In this document: positions 19,120 through 34,644 of the stretch, one piece after another
How positions within the stretch are numbered: position 1 is the stretch's first letter
Layout of the letters: each line of letters begins with the position of its first letter
DNA from: the human T2T-CHM13v2.0 reference genome, Homo sapiens
DNA length: 64,000 bases
Direction: 5' to 3' (one strand)
NCBI RefSeq assembly: GCF_009914755.1
Contig: NC_060940.1
The notes under the pieces: model-generated
The model's database searches: none
Told to the model about the DNA's origin: nothing
What the model saw: only the letters and a program-made list of their open reading frames with translations
Program-made: the position numbers and the translations under genes

Positions 19120-19293
19120 ACAGGTCAGCAAACTACATCCCTCAGGCCATACCACTCTGCCTGAAAGCTAAGAATCGTTTTTAGATTTTTAAAGGTTGTA
19201 AAAAAAAAAAAAGAGAAGAATATATGTATATGTCCCACAAAATCTGAAATATTTGTTGTATGATCCTTAAGAAAAGGGTTGCTTTGACTCCTG
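19120..19293. mobile_element. MER58-like hAT-Charlie MITE
   Basis: Begins caggtcagcaaactac, contains cccacaaaatctgaaatattt, ends gactcctg. Confidence 0.6.
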
Positions 19294-20193
19294 ATTTAGA
19301 ACATTTAAAAAATATTTAAACTTTACAACTTATTTTCTTTATAGTCTTATTAAAATCTTTTTCCATGAATTATTATACTTGAGGTTACATCTTGGTGTAG
19401 ATAAATTGTTAATAGCCCCATTTTACAGATAAGAAATTGAAATTAAGTGATACATCCATGACTACTTAACCTTTCAAATATGTGAATAATATGATCCTCT
19501 AAATTGTATTTACTGCTTTAGTGCATTATCATCAATGATTATATATGCTAATATTTAATCTCTACATCAAAAATATTCCATCAAAATGCGTAAATCTTCC
19601 ATTTATATTCAAATAATATAATTTACACAAATAAAATATAAATAAAACTTGATTTGAGAAAAATCTGTATAGCAAAACCTACATGGGTTTTTTGTTGTTG
19701 TTTTGGACATGAGTCAATTATGAACTAAGCATGTACTATTATTGTTAAAAATAGTTTATAGATAAAGATAATCATAGTCCCTTGGGGACAATTTGGTCCT
19801 TCCAAAGATCCAAAACTATGAGAATTACAGAAAATGCAAGGGACATTTAATAACACACATCTGGACAGTGAATGTGTTCATATAATATAAAATTAATACT
19901 AACTAGACTTATTTAATATGAAAACAAAATATATTCAGAAAATGAGAGACTTAAGATGTAAAAGAAAGATAAGATTCACTGTGTTCCCTGGATCAATAAT
20001 TGCAATTATTCAAAATATGTGATGAATTCTGAAAACAGATGAATATTGGAAAACTTCCTAAATGACACACACCAGGTGAATCACAGACACTTTCTTCATT
20101 AGAATATAATCAATAATGTGGATGATGATTTAAGAAGCTTCATTAGCAAATATGTAAATTTCACAAAGAGAGGAGTATCCTGCTCAATGGTAG

Positions 20194-20520
<327 letters not shown>

Positions 20521-20934
20521 TCGTCTGTTCTAATATACTTTCCTCTTTTGCCTAAAAATATCTTAATATATGTTTTAGTCAACTAGCCACCATGAAGTTT
20601 CAAACTATCAGTTGCAACAATAGCTGTTTTAGACATTTTGCTTGATATATGGCATGGCTGTTGTCTTAAGTGATATTTTAAAATGCATATATTAACAAAA
20701 GCACACTCTCAATTTACTTAGCACCAGTTATTAAATTTATGATTAACTAAATTTAAAAAACTAAAATGATAATTTATGTAAAGCACGTAAACAAATGCTC
20801 ACACTTGGTCTGTCAGTGTACTGTGGCAAATGGGGTCATTAAACACTGAATGCGATATTACAGACGATAAATTGTAGTCGGTTTTAGGGGGTTAGGTAAT
20901 GCTTAGTATACGAGGGTAGATTGAAAAGACAAAA

Positions 20935-21020
20935 GTTATAGTACTTATTTAATTTATTATAATATTTTATTTAGTTATAATATTGTAATTTATTATAATT
21001 ATTTATAATATAGTTATAAA
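20935..21020. repeat. AT-rich low-complexity tract
   Basis: Degenerate (ttata/taata)n. Confidence 0.7.
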
Positions 21021-21897
21021 TCTGAACATTTATCATTTTATCCTTGTACTTTAAGTTCTAGATGAGAAACAACCTAAAATACTATACTTTGGCCACTTCC
21101 TATGGATCTATACCCTGGACTTTGTCGTCTAGCTCTTAACATTCTGATGGTGAGAAGGGAAGGGGACAACAATTTGGTAAAATAATTTCTTTTCATTAAC
21201 CAAAATAAGGCTTGCTTACGTCATATACACATCTAGTGTTCTCTTTATTCTGTTGCCATGTAATCCTTTTTCTAATGGTCATTGTGGATCCAAAAACTTC
21301 TTGAGATTTCTCTTACCTAGACTTTCTATGTAAGTCCTAGGGGAGCTGTGGCAATTGTTCACTATGATTTTCTGAACCCAGGAACAACAATGAAAACTTG
21401 AGGAATTTAGTCAAAAAAGAAAATATTTAGCCCCGAACATTTTGCTCACTAATTTGCAAATTTTCTTCTTGCATCATATGCAACATGATATTTTGAAGTA
21501 TTACATCGTAGAATGGTTAAATCTAGTTAATTAACAAGTACATTTCCTCACATGGTTATCATTTTTTGTGGGGAGAACATTTACTCATCTTAGCATTTAC
21601 AAGAATACAATATATTATAAACTGTAGTCACCATGCTGTAAGTATAGAGCACCCTTGACGTAACTAACTTATCTTAGAAAAAGACTCCATTTTATATTTC
21701 ATAGAGCACTTTGCCAACAAGGATAACATGTTTTGTTTAATAAACGAATAAATAAGGACTGCATCCAACCAGATAGGGACCCAAACAAAGGCATTATTTC
21801 ACTCTCAGTTCCCACCAGAGGACTCCGTGGCTATAAAAGACCAAGCTTTCGCAGCTCAAAATGGCCGTCCTAACTGACACCTTCTTGTAGTCACTTA

Positions 21898-22585
<688 letters not shown>

Positions 22586-25469
22586 TCATAGACTCTTCCT
22601 TGCAAGACCAGTGGACTGTCTAGCCCAAACCAGGACTCATTTTATTGTCTTAGTTCTCCCTGGACTGGTTTGTTAACCCTTTCTCCTATCTCTTTTTCCC
22701 CTTGATGTTATATGTTACTCTGTTTGTTGTGGAATAATTAACCTTTAACTTTTATATATGGATCAAATATTCTATTATGTATGGTTTGCAAAACTGACTG
22801 ACTTGTGGAGTGACTTGAGCCTGTGTGCTGGTGGCTCTGACTACTGAGTGTATGGTAATTACTAAGGAGATTTGCCTTCTTGGGAACTCCATGTAGCTCG
22901 TGGCTTTTGTCATTGAAGTAGCAACAGTAAAACCCTACATTGTGGAAAGACACAGGCATGCATGGACCTTGTTATCTCTAACTTTGCACCATTCGTGACA
23001 CTGTACAATAGATATCTTGAACTTATTAATTCTACCTAAGTGTATATATGTGTCCTTTGGCCAACATGTCCCCAACCTCCTCTTTCCACTAAAAACCTAG
23101 CCTCTGATAATTGCCATTCTACTCTCTACTTCTATGAGATCAACTCTTTTAGATTCCACATGTGAGTGAGATTATGTGGTGTTTGTTTTTCTGTGTCTGG
23201 ATTATTTCACTTAACGTAGTGTCCTCCATGTTCATCCATGTTGTCACAAATGGCAGAATTTCTTTCTTGTAGTTGAATAGTATTCCATTGTGTGTATATA
23301 ACACATTTCCTTTATCCATTCATCTGTTGATAAACACTTAGGTTGATTTCATATCTTAGATATTGTGAATAATGCTGCAATAAATATGCAAGTGCAGATA
23401 TCTCTTCAACATACTGATATCATTTCCTTTGGATATATGCTCAGTAGTGGGATTGCTGGATCATATGGTAGTTCTATTTTTAGTTTTTTTGAAACTATCA
23501 TACTGTTTGCCATCATGGTGGTACCAATTTACTTTCCCACCAACATTTTCAAGGGTTTTCTTTACTCCACATCCTCCCCAATGCTTAATATCTATTGTCT
23601 TCCTGATAATCGTGATTCTCTCAGGAGAAGGGCTATTATCAGAAAGGCAGGTGGAGTTGTCAAGAGAAAGAAATAAAAGTCATCCAAATTGGAAAGGAAG
23701 AAGTTAAATCATCTCTATTTGCAGATAACATGATCTTGTATATAGAAAACCCTAAGGCTCCACCAAAAAGTTGTTAGAATTAATAAACAAATTCAGAAAA
23801 GTTGCAGATACAAAACCAACACACAAAAACTATATCTATATACTAACACAGGACCAACTAAAAGAGAAGTCAAGAAAACAATGTTATTTACAATAGCTAA
23901 AAAAATACTTAGATTAAGAATAAATTTAATCAAGGAGGTGAAAAATATCTATTCTGAAAATTATAAAACATTAACGAAAGAAAGTGAAGAAGACACAAAC
24001 AGATATTTGTTCATGGATTGGAAGAATTAATATTGTTAAAATGTCTGTACCATTCAAAGTGATCTACAGAATCAATGCAATCCCTATCAAAATACCAATT
24101 AGATTCTTCACAGAAATAGAAAAACAATCTAAAATTTGTATGGATCCAAAAAGACCTCTAATAGCCAAAGCAATCTTGAGGAAAAAGAACAAAGCTGAAG
24201 GCTTGGCACTACCTGACTTCAAAATACACGACAGTTAGAGTAACCAAAACAGCATGGTACTTACATAAAAACAGACTCATAGAGTAATGGAAGATAATAG
24301 AGAGAGTAGAAATAAATCTACATTTACAGTCAACTCGTTTTCAACAAAGGTGCCAAGAATATACAATGAGGAAAAACAGTCTTTTCAATAACTGGTGTTG
24401 GGGAATGCAAAAAATGAAACTAGACTCCTATCTCTCAGTATATTCAAAAATCAGCTCAAAATGGATTAAAGATTTAAATGTAATGCCCCAACCTATGAAA
24501 CTAATAGAAGAAAACATAGAGGAAAACTTCCTAATACTGGTCTGGGCAGTGCTTTTCTGATTATGACTTCAAAAGCATGGACAACAAAAGCAAAAATAGA
24601 CAAATGAGACAAAATCAAACTAAAAAGCTTCTGCACAGAAAACAAAATCCACTCAACAGAGTGAAGAGACCACCTACGGAATGGGAGAAAATATTTGCAA
24701 ACTATACATCTGATAAGGGGCTAATATCCACAATGTATAAGGAACTTAATAGCAAGAAAACAAATAACTTGATTTTATAATGGGCTAAAGACTTAAATAA
24801 ATTTTTTTTTAAAAAACATACAAATGGCTAACAGTTGTATGAGGAAGTGCTCAATCTCACTAATTATCAGGGAAATGCAAATCAACACCACAGTGAGAAA
24901 AAGTTTTTAACATAAGCAATTCAAGAAATTGTAAAAGGGGCAACTTAATAAACAAAAGAAGGTAGAAGGAAAGTAGTATTAAACTAATATTAAATTTACA
25001 AGCATAATTGTGCAATGAAAAAGCAGGCAAGCGATAGTATGATCAGAAATATTTTCTTCTTTGAGGAGAGTAACTAGATAGACAATTCATTGGCAAGATT
25101 GTGGAACAAACATAAATAATATTTAAAATATTAGGTATAACGAAGAGCATCACTACTGTTATAATCTGTGTAATCTCTCTCTGTGTGTATCTATACAGAT
25201 TATTTTTAAATTCAAATACTAAAAATAACTTGATTTCAGATATGATAAAAATAGGATAAGATAGAGAAATTAAAGACCAACAATGTACAATGCATCAAAT
25301 TCATATGATTGTGTCACTAGAGAGAAAAAAATTAGCAACATTTCTTATGAAAAAGTTTAATTGTATTCTGTGTGTGTATATAAATATACTCTTTTTTTAG
25401 TTCATTCTAAATGCCTGTTTTTATATCAGTCTTTTCCCTACTCTATTTTCTGTATTATATTTTGTAAAA

Positions 25470-25537
25470 GTAATTTCAACTTTTATTTTAGATACGGGGG
25501 TACATATTCAGGTTTGTTATAGGGGTATATCATGTAT
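25470..25537 (-). mobile_element. Very short L1PA (old primate) 3'-end fragment
   Basis: aacttttattttagatacgggggtacatattcaggtttgttataggggtatat matches an antisense L1P 3' terminus. Confidence 0.6.
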
Positions 25538-25559
25538 GTATATACTCAATGTTATTGAA

Positions 25560-26830
25560 AGATACAGCAAGTGTGACACTGAATTGTGAAATGTTCATGT
25601 ATTCTCTAATGCTTATTAAAGCCAAGAACAAGATAAGCTAACTATAAAACTTGCATTTAACAATGTATTGAAGTCTTACCAAAAGCATAACACTCAGTAT
25701 GGATATGAAGTGTAAAGATTTTCGAGGGAGTTAAAGAGCCATCATTATTCTCATGTATTTGTCCACATAATGTAATCTTTAAATATCATAAATGTTTCTT
25801 TTAGAACTAATAAGAAAGAAAGCAAGTTTGCTAATTTTAAGTTTAGTATACAAATATCAAGAGCATCCTTATATATTAGCAATGAACAATTTAAAAATAT
25901 ATTTTTAAAATGTTATTCTAATCACAATAAATATCATAAATGTACCTAGGGAAAAATGACAATAGATAGGTAACAACTTTATGAAAATAACTTTGTTAGA
26001 AAAAATAATATGAGTTTTTAAAAAGAACAAAAATATTGCTTATTTATGAAAGGGAAAATCTATTATTTTAAAGAAAAATTTTTTAAATTAATCTATAGTT
26101 AATTAAAATTCAAATAAAATCTCAACTAGGTTTTCTATTGTAACTTGACATGATTCCAACAGTGCAATGGAAGGGCAAAATTAATATTGTGAAAAATAAA
26201 GAGAGAAAATACATCATAACATATATCAAGTTTCAGTTTAAAGATAAAGTAATTAAACAGTATTTTTTGTGCAAGAAGGAACAAATAGACTGCTAGAGCT
26301 TAGAAGCAGACTTACCCATATAAATGTAAAGTACTGATTATCCAAAAAATGTTGCTGGGAGAATTTCTATTCATATGGAAGTTGAGTGGAAATTTTGCTA
26401 TCTATCCAATAAACAAAAAAATAAATTTATTTTAGTCATATTAAAAACCATAGAAAAGGCTGGGCGCAGTGGCTCACACTTGTAATCCCAGCACTTAGGG
26501 GGGTCGAGGTGGGCAGATCACTTGAGGCCAGGAGTTCAAGACCAGCCCAGCCAACATGGTAAAACCCCATCTCCTCTAAAAATATAAAAATTAGCTGGGC
26601 GTGGTGGCAGGCACCTGTAATCCCAGCTTCTTTGGAGGCTGAGGCAGGAGAATCACTTGAACCCGGGAGGCTGCACTCCAGCTTGGGCAACAAGACCAAA
26701 ACTCTGTCTCAAAAAAAAAAAAAAAACAAAAACATACCGTAGAATAAAAAAACTAATTAAAAATAGGATACACTTATTATTTCAGTGTAGTACAAGAATT
26801 TTTTTATAAGAAAAGTACAAAACATTAAGA
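25560..26830 (+). mobile_element. Ancient L1M ORF2 relic (interrupted by an Alu)
   Basis: A-rich degenerate ORF2 motifs such as ttagaactaataag, cttatatattagcaatgaacaatt, gtacctaggg, aaacagtat. Confidence 0.6.
26458..26733 (+). mobile_element. Alu (AluS-type) with about 30-bp right-arm deletion
   Basis: acccgggaggc joined directly to tgcactccagc at about 26671; degenerate TSD acc(a/g)tagaa. Confidence 0.92.
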
Positions 26831-28660
26831 CAATATTGTTTTCAGTCATACTGTTATGTATACTGTTAATTTTAATGTCATCAAATTTGCCAATTAAATA
26901 AACCTTACTTTTGCATATCTAAGTTTTGTTGCATAGAATGCAGGCACATTTCTTATGATGGCTCTTTATAAGACTTGACTCTGCATGAAGCGCTCTCATT
27001 ACATCCTAATTCCTAATTAAAAGTGCTGCTTCCATGTGTTTGGGATAGAAGATTGAATTATATGGTTGTTAAGTGCTTTCCCAAATTGGTACATCATGGA
27101 TGGAAACATTCCACACTTAACAACCTGTGGTTTATAACTATAGTTACCAAATTGGGAACTGAGAGAAATATGCTCTAATATTGACTTAGACTGCTCCTGA
27201 CATGTAGGTACGTATATGTGTGCATGTGTATGCAGAAAGGGCAAGATAAGTCATCTATCATAGCTGCATTATCACGTAAAACTTAAAATCACCTCTCACT
27301 GGTGATAGCAATACAGGTTCAAGAGAGTGGAGCTTTAGATATGACCAGTTGCTCATCAGATACATGGTTGAAGGAGAGCTGAGGTTTCCTGATGTTAGAA
27401 CAGATAGGAGTACTGTGTACCACCAAACCATTAGGAAACAACCCTTTAAAATATGAAATCAAATTTCTGCGGACAGAGGCTCTCCAGAAAAGGGAAGGAC
27501 AAATTCATATCATTTAACGCAAAATTGTTGAAGGTATTGAACTTTCTTGAAAGCCTCATTCTTTTAATATAACTTTTCCTACAACCAACTTCTATTTTTT
27601 TTCTTCCTGAGAACTATTCTCCAAAATATGAATTTGGTTGCTTTTCTTCATGATAGACAATAGTCATAAATTTAAAGAATATTCGTAATGTGGAAAACTG
27701 CTGTTCTTGTTTTAGAATTGGTGTAGGCAAACTTGAAAGGAGATGAAATTAGGCCTTCTGTGGAGGAAAGTATATTATACAGAACAACAGAGTTATCTAA
27801 ACATATAAACATAATGTTGCTGAACCATGCTGATGGAATCAGGACAGCCCTATTGGAATGTAAATTATATGGGGGCACTATTCAAGTCTGCTGTGTTCTC
27901 CATTGCATATTGATGATCCAGCACAGTGCTGGACACATGTTAGACACTCAAGAAATTGTGAAAGAAACACACAAATGAGCTAGCAAGTTTGAGAGGCACT
28001 TCCTAAGTTGTTTCAGTAGGATTTATCTTTTTTCCTAATAAATGGAACAATTATTTTGTAGATGGACTATTTCCCTCTAGGGTTTTATATGAAGGTAATG
28101 CTTTCCAGCAAGCTTGTTTTCATGCATTTTCCCTTATCCTAACACCATCAGGGTAGGTATTTTGTGACTTTTGTCTATTTTCATATCATTTAATGGATTT
28201 TATTTCTGAGCTGCATTAAATTGTTTATGCTCTTTCAACACTCATAAGCACAAATAATGAAATTATAAATGAAGAGCATAAATTTACTTAGAATTAAATA
28301 ATAGGCATACCACCTTGTATTACAGGTATTATCTCATTTAATACACACAGCAATCCCTTAGTAGACATGATTTACCATTTCACAAATTCTCAAACTGAAG
28401 CTAAGAGAGATTTGATAAACTTGACAAACTCTCAGAATTAATAAGTGCTTAATTTAGTGATGAACCAATTTAGGTATTTCAGAGCCTTCGTTTTTAAATG
28501 CTTTTGTTCTTCATGTGGTTTTTCTAAGGAAAACTCATGTCTTTTTTGTTATTCAGTAGAATAAGGGTGAATGATTTAGCGTGAATTAGAACAAAATTGA
28601 ATCAACAACAAACTGAGAAGTAAAAGGGAAGTTTCCATGCCTTAGAAAAAGCCCTTTTGC

Positions 28661-29469
28661 AGAAGACATACATGTGGCCAACAATCACATGAAAAAAAAA
28701 AAAAAGGTCAACATCACTGATCATTAGAGAAATGTAAATCAAAACCACCATGAGATACTATGTTACAACAGTCAGAATGGCCACTGTTGAAAAGTCAAAA
28801 AATAACAGATGCTGGCGTGGTTGCAGACAAAGAGAAATGCTTATATACTGTTGGTAGAAGTGTAAATTACTTCAACCATTGTGGAAGACAGTGTGGCAAT
28901 TCTTCAACGTTCTAAAGACAGAAATACCATTCGACCCAGAAACCCCACTTACTGGGTCTATACTCAAAGTAATATAAATTTTTCAATTATGAAGATACAT
29001 GCATGGGTATGGTCATTGCAGCGCTATTTGCAATATAGCAAAGATGTGGAATCAACTTAAATGTCCATCAATGATAGACTAGAAAAAGAAGATGTAGTTC
29101 ATATACACCATGGAACACTATGCAGCCGTAAAAAAGAATGAGATCATGTCCTTTGCAGGGACATGGATGAAGTTGGAAGCCATTATCCTCAGCACGCTAA
29201 CACAGGAACAAAAAACCAAATACCACATATTCTCACTTATAAGTGGGAACTAAATGATGAGAACACAGGGGCACATAGAGGGGACAACACACACTGGTGC
29301 CTGTTGAATGATGGAAGGTTGGGGGAGGACAGAGAGGATTAGGAAAAATAACTAATGGGCATTAGGTTTAATACCTGGATGATGAAATAATCTGTATAAC
29401 AAACACCCATGACACAAGTTTACCTGTGTAACAAATCTGCACATTTGCTGAACTTAAAAGTTAAAAAAA
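28661..29469 (+). mobile_element. 5'-truncated L1PA (about L1PA13-15-type) ORF2 end plus 3'UTR
   Basis: ORF2 C-terminal homology and older 3'UTR (aactaatggg...aatacctggatgatgaaataatctgt); degenerate TSD gaaaaagcccttttgc 28645-28660 and gaagaagccttttgc 29471-29485. Confidence 0.9.
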
Positions 29470-29809
29470 GGAAGAAGCCTTTTGCTTTGCATTGTACTCA
29501 TAATGACAGCAGAATCGGTGAGCATCAATATGCTACCTACAACCAAAGAGAGTTTAGCACATGTGCTTTGGAGAATCATTTAGCAGCATTCAGATCCCAT
29601 GGTTTCAGCCTCTCCTATCATCTTATTTTCAATCAGCTTCAGGACAAAGTGACAGAGAAACTGAGTCAGACGAGAAGCCATGTGTAAGCAACTCAGAAGA
29701 ATAGAATTGTTCACCTCTCTGCATTTGGAGTCTGTGAGATCCTGCTTCCCTCCATATTGGTTCTGTGGTCTATGAGTGGCATGCATTCTGGCTAGAAAAA
29801 GAAAATACA

Positions 29810-30144
<335 letters not shown>

Positions 30145-30594
30145 TCATATCCCTGCAAGCAAAGCTCTTAAACTACTTTGTCTTGCCACATGTGCCTATG
30201 AAAGAGTCACGGCACTCATGAACTGAAATAGCTAAGCTAAACAGCCACACACAAGGCTTTCAACTTATCAGTTCAAAATTTATGGCCAAGAATACTTGCA
30301 GCACAAATTTGCAAATTTGTACTCAGATTAAGAGAGTTTAAATCATCTCAAATATTGACATTGTGTATCTCTTATAGCTAAAATCTTCATATTTTCATTA
30401 CTTCCAGTCATTAACAAAGGATATTAATTGTTTTCTTTTACCAGTATGTGCACATTTTTATTCCAGTTTAATTTAAAAAAGAGAAATCTATGATGCCATA
30501 GTCTTTGGAAATTATCACCATAATTTTTATGGTTGACATAGGTGTTCATGAAAGTAATTATGCTGAATTCATCTTTCAGCATAATAAAAATAGA

Positions 30595-30850
30595 CGATGT
30601 TCACTGAACACTTATTATGGGTTAGGCAGTGTGCCAAACTCAGCATACAGTAACTCATTTGATGTTCTTACTACCCCATATACAAAGTAGTCTTTGTAAT
30701 AATTGCCTTACAGAAGAACTAATGGAAGCTTAGAGAAATGAAGTAATTTGCCCAAGTTTACACATTTAGCAAGTGGAATAAAATCAGAAGTCCAATTTAG
30801 GCAGAATTCCAAATGATTTTACATCCTGTATCCTTAACAACTGTGCTATA
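30595..30850 (-). mobile_element. MIR SINE
   Basis: ggaagcttagagaaatgaagtaatttgcccaagtttacacat MIR core. Confidence 0.65.
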
Positions 30851-31015
30851 ATGCCCGTGAATACAAGTTTAAAATAGTAAATTATTAAAACAAAAACTAA
30901 AAAAAAAACACACACACTTTTAATTCTCCACCCTCATTTGTTGATTTCAGTTACTCTTTTTTGTAATTTCCCCTTAACACAGGAATCATGCATGCATATT
31001 TGAAATAGTGTCCTT

Positions 31016-31060
31016 GGCCAGGCATGGTGGCTCATGCCTATAATCCTGTAAAGAGAAAAA
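31016..31060 (+). mobile_element. Internally collapsed Alu (first 31 nt plus tail)
   Basis: ggccaggcatggtggctcatgcctataatcc-tgt-A-rich tail; flanked by aaatagtgtcc (31003-31013) and aaagagtgtcc (31061-31071). Confidence 0.8.
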
Positions 31061-31377
31061 AAAGAGTGTCCAATAAATCATTTTATAGTTTTTTTAAGCA
31101 AATAACACAGTTTTTATGATAATATTATTATTTAGGAAGCCATAATTGTAATGTTTGTTTAAATTTTTATCATGTGGAAAAATGATTTAATGGGCCATTT
31201 CCCTCTCCTTGAACTTACAGGTTATTGCCAAATCAATAGCGTTATATATGAAGTTTTACTTTGTATTATTTCCTTAGAACAAGCTACCAGAAAAGTGACT
31301 CTTGAGTCATGTTCTATTTTTTGCATAGGTTTTCAAACTGCATTTATATATGAATTACATATGCCCCTTCTGAATTT

Positions 31378-32242
<865 letters not shown>

Positions 32243-32689
32243 TTGATTTTGTCTTTGCATTGCTATAAAACACTAGTGATTGTTTTTATGAACATCTGTT
32301 TGTGGCATCTTCTTGACATAAATTGAAGGGCTTATCTGGTTAAATTGGTCAGTGAGTAAGTTCTCTTTCCTCTTTCACTGCTATGTCTAAGTGCCCCTTG
32401 ATCTTGGTGCCCTGTTGAACTTGTCTAATAAGGGCTGACTTGTTCTTTGCCAAGATGTAGCAGTAACTATGTTTAACTACAAGAACATTTTTAATAATTA
32501 TCATCTGTCATCATGAAGAATATGCAAATTAACCACATAAAGAAAATGCTTGTAAAGCATGATGCAGTTCTTTAATAAAATCTAATAAAAGTTTATCTTT
32601 ATAGGAACTCACAAATATGAAGTAAGTGAAATAACTTCCTGATACTGGTTTTTAAATCTAAAACATAGAAATAATTAAATGGGCTTAAA

Positions 32690-33070
32690 TTCACACAGTT
32701 CCTAATAGCAATCAACGAGAAGGATCCTTGGAAAGAATCTTCTACTACACCCTGCATTAACTTGGCCTGCCTTTTTCACTGTGAGTGTTGCTGTAGCAAA
32801 CACCTACACATGGTAATCCTGTTAAATATGCAAACCTGGAAATAGGAGAAAGTGAATACTCCATGGGACAACCCCTGACTAGGTGCTGCTATGTAAGTCC
32901 CAGCTGTTCACATTGATGACTAGATCACACTTTTAGGCTTGTTTTTCCTCAATCCTGTTCCCCTCTTTCGATTCCTTGAATCCTATTCCTTGGAATAATT
33001 TCTAAAATTAAACTACCTGCATGAAAACGCTTGCTTGCATTTGCTTTTTGGAAAAACCTAGGCTACAACA
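32690..33070 (+). mobile_element. Old ERVL-class LTR remnant (LTR33-like)
   Basis: 3' end attaaactacctgcatg...tgctttttggaaaaacctaggctacaaca. Confidence 0.45.
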
Positions 33071-33908
33071 TGGAGAGTTTGTGCATCTGATTTAGATGAA
33101 TTGAAAAATTCAAAGGGGGATTTTAAGATGAAAATTTTGAAACTCAGGAGAAATGATAGATGTTTTCAATCTAGGCATGTTGATTGTTCTTTGTTTTCAT
33201 TATAAGCTCATTGCAAAACATTAAGAGGAAAAACTATGGACTTAAAAAAAAGTACTAATATTTTCAATCCCCAGAAGCAATGGTGGTTAGTATGTTGATA
33301 TCCAGTTTCGTTCATGCATATAAATATATTTTCTTTGCAAAACTTCATGAACTATATGATCCCAATTTTGTGCATAAACATCATTTGTATACATCTTTGC
33401 ACTGTATAAACTTTAAAATGGACCTTACATTTGCAGCACTATATTGCATTACATGCATTTGCTGGATTTATTTTGCTATTCCCCTAGTTTTGGACATTAC
33501 CTATAGATCTACAAATATTATCATTAATTTTAATATTTACAGAAATATTATCAAAATAAAATAATAATGAATGGGCCACATTTCTACTGGAAATGTTGTA
33601 TTACATTATATTTCAACTGGTGGTGTATGTGAGTTCTCCCTTTGCTATTACCATTGTAGTTGTTCTGTGTGTATATGTGTATAATTTGAAGGGCAATTGG
33701 TATCCATCTTTACTCCTTGGCATTTACATGATTGTTTGTAAAGTTGGGCATTACTTCAAGCTTTTCATTTGTTATTAGCTAGTTGTACTTTTTATTTTTT
33801 TGAATTAGCCTGTTGTCTTAAGCAATTCAAACCAAAAAAAAGAAAGTTCTATCAAAAGTTCATAAAAGAGAGGAAAAGGACAAGATTAGTGCTCTCAATA
33901 AAGGTGAC

Positions 33909-34362
33909 TGTGATAGTTAATACTGAGTGTCAAATTGACTGAACTGAAGGACAAAAAATATTGTGCCTGAGTGTGTCTGAGGGTGTTGCCAAAGGGGGTT
34001 AACATTCGAGTCAGTGGACTGGAAAAGGTAGATCTGCCCTCAGTCTGGTGGGCACAATCTAATCAGCTGCTGGCACAGCCAGAATAAAAACAGGTAGAAG
34101 AACGTGGAAAGACTAGACTGGCTTAGCCTCCCAGCCTACACCTTTTTCTGGTGCTGGATGCTTCCTGCCCTTGAATATCAGACTCCAAGTTCAGCTTTGG
34201 GACTCAGACTGGCTTCCTTGCTCCTCAGCTTGCAGACAGCCTATTGTGGGACTTCACCTTGTGATCATGTGAGTCAATACTCCTTAATAAACTCAGATAG
34301 ATAGATAGATAGATAGATAGAACCTATTAGTTCTGTCCCTCTAGGGAACCCTGACTAATACA
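33909..34362 (+). mobile_element. MLT2A (HERV-L) solo LTR
   Basis: tgtgatagttaatactgagtgtcaa...ccctctagggaaccctgactaataca; TG...CA ends; perfect 5-bp TSD gtgac at 33904-33908 and 34363-34367. Confidence 0.92.
34296..34320. repeat. (GATA)n microsatellite inside the MLT2A LTR
   Basis: About 6 perfect units. Confidence 0.9.
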
Positions 34363-34379
34363 GTGACCTAAACCTCCTG

Positions 34380-34417
34380 CACACAACACACAGACACACA
34401 CACACACACACACACAG

Positions 34418-34448
<31 letters not shown>
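34380..34448. repeat. Interrupted (CA)n microsatellite
   Basis: CA runs interrupted by GA. Confidence 0.95.
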
Positions 34449-34644
34449 GGTATTTAAAACATACTAAACCTATGAAATATAAATTGTCCCAGTCAGTATT
34501 TTAGTCTTGAGTGAACATAAAGAAAAGAAATTTTTAAGAACTGTCACAAAAAAGAAGAATGAAAAGAAAAAATAAAGGCTATCAAGGTATTTCACGTCTT
34601 AACTGGCCAACACACACATATACACTAAGCACATACAAACTTGT

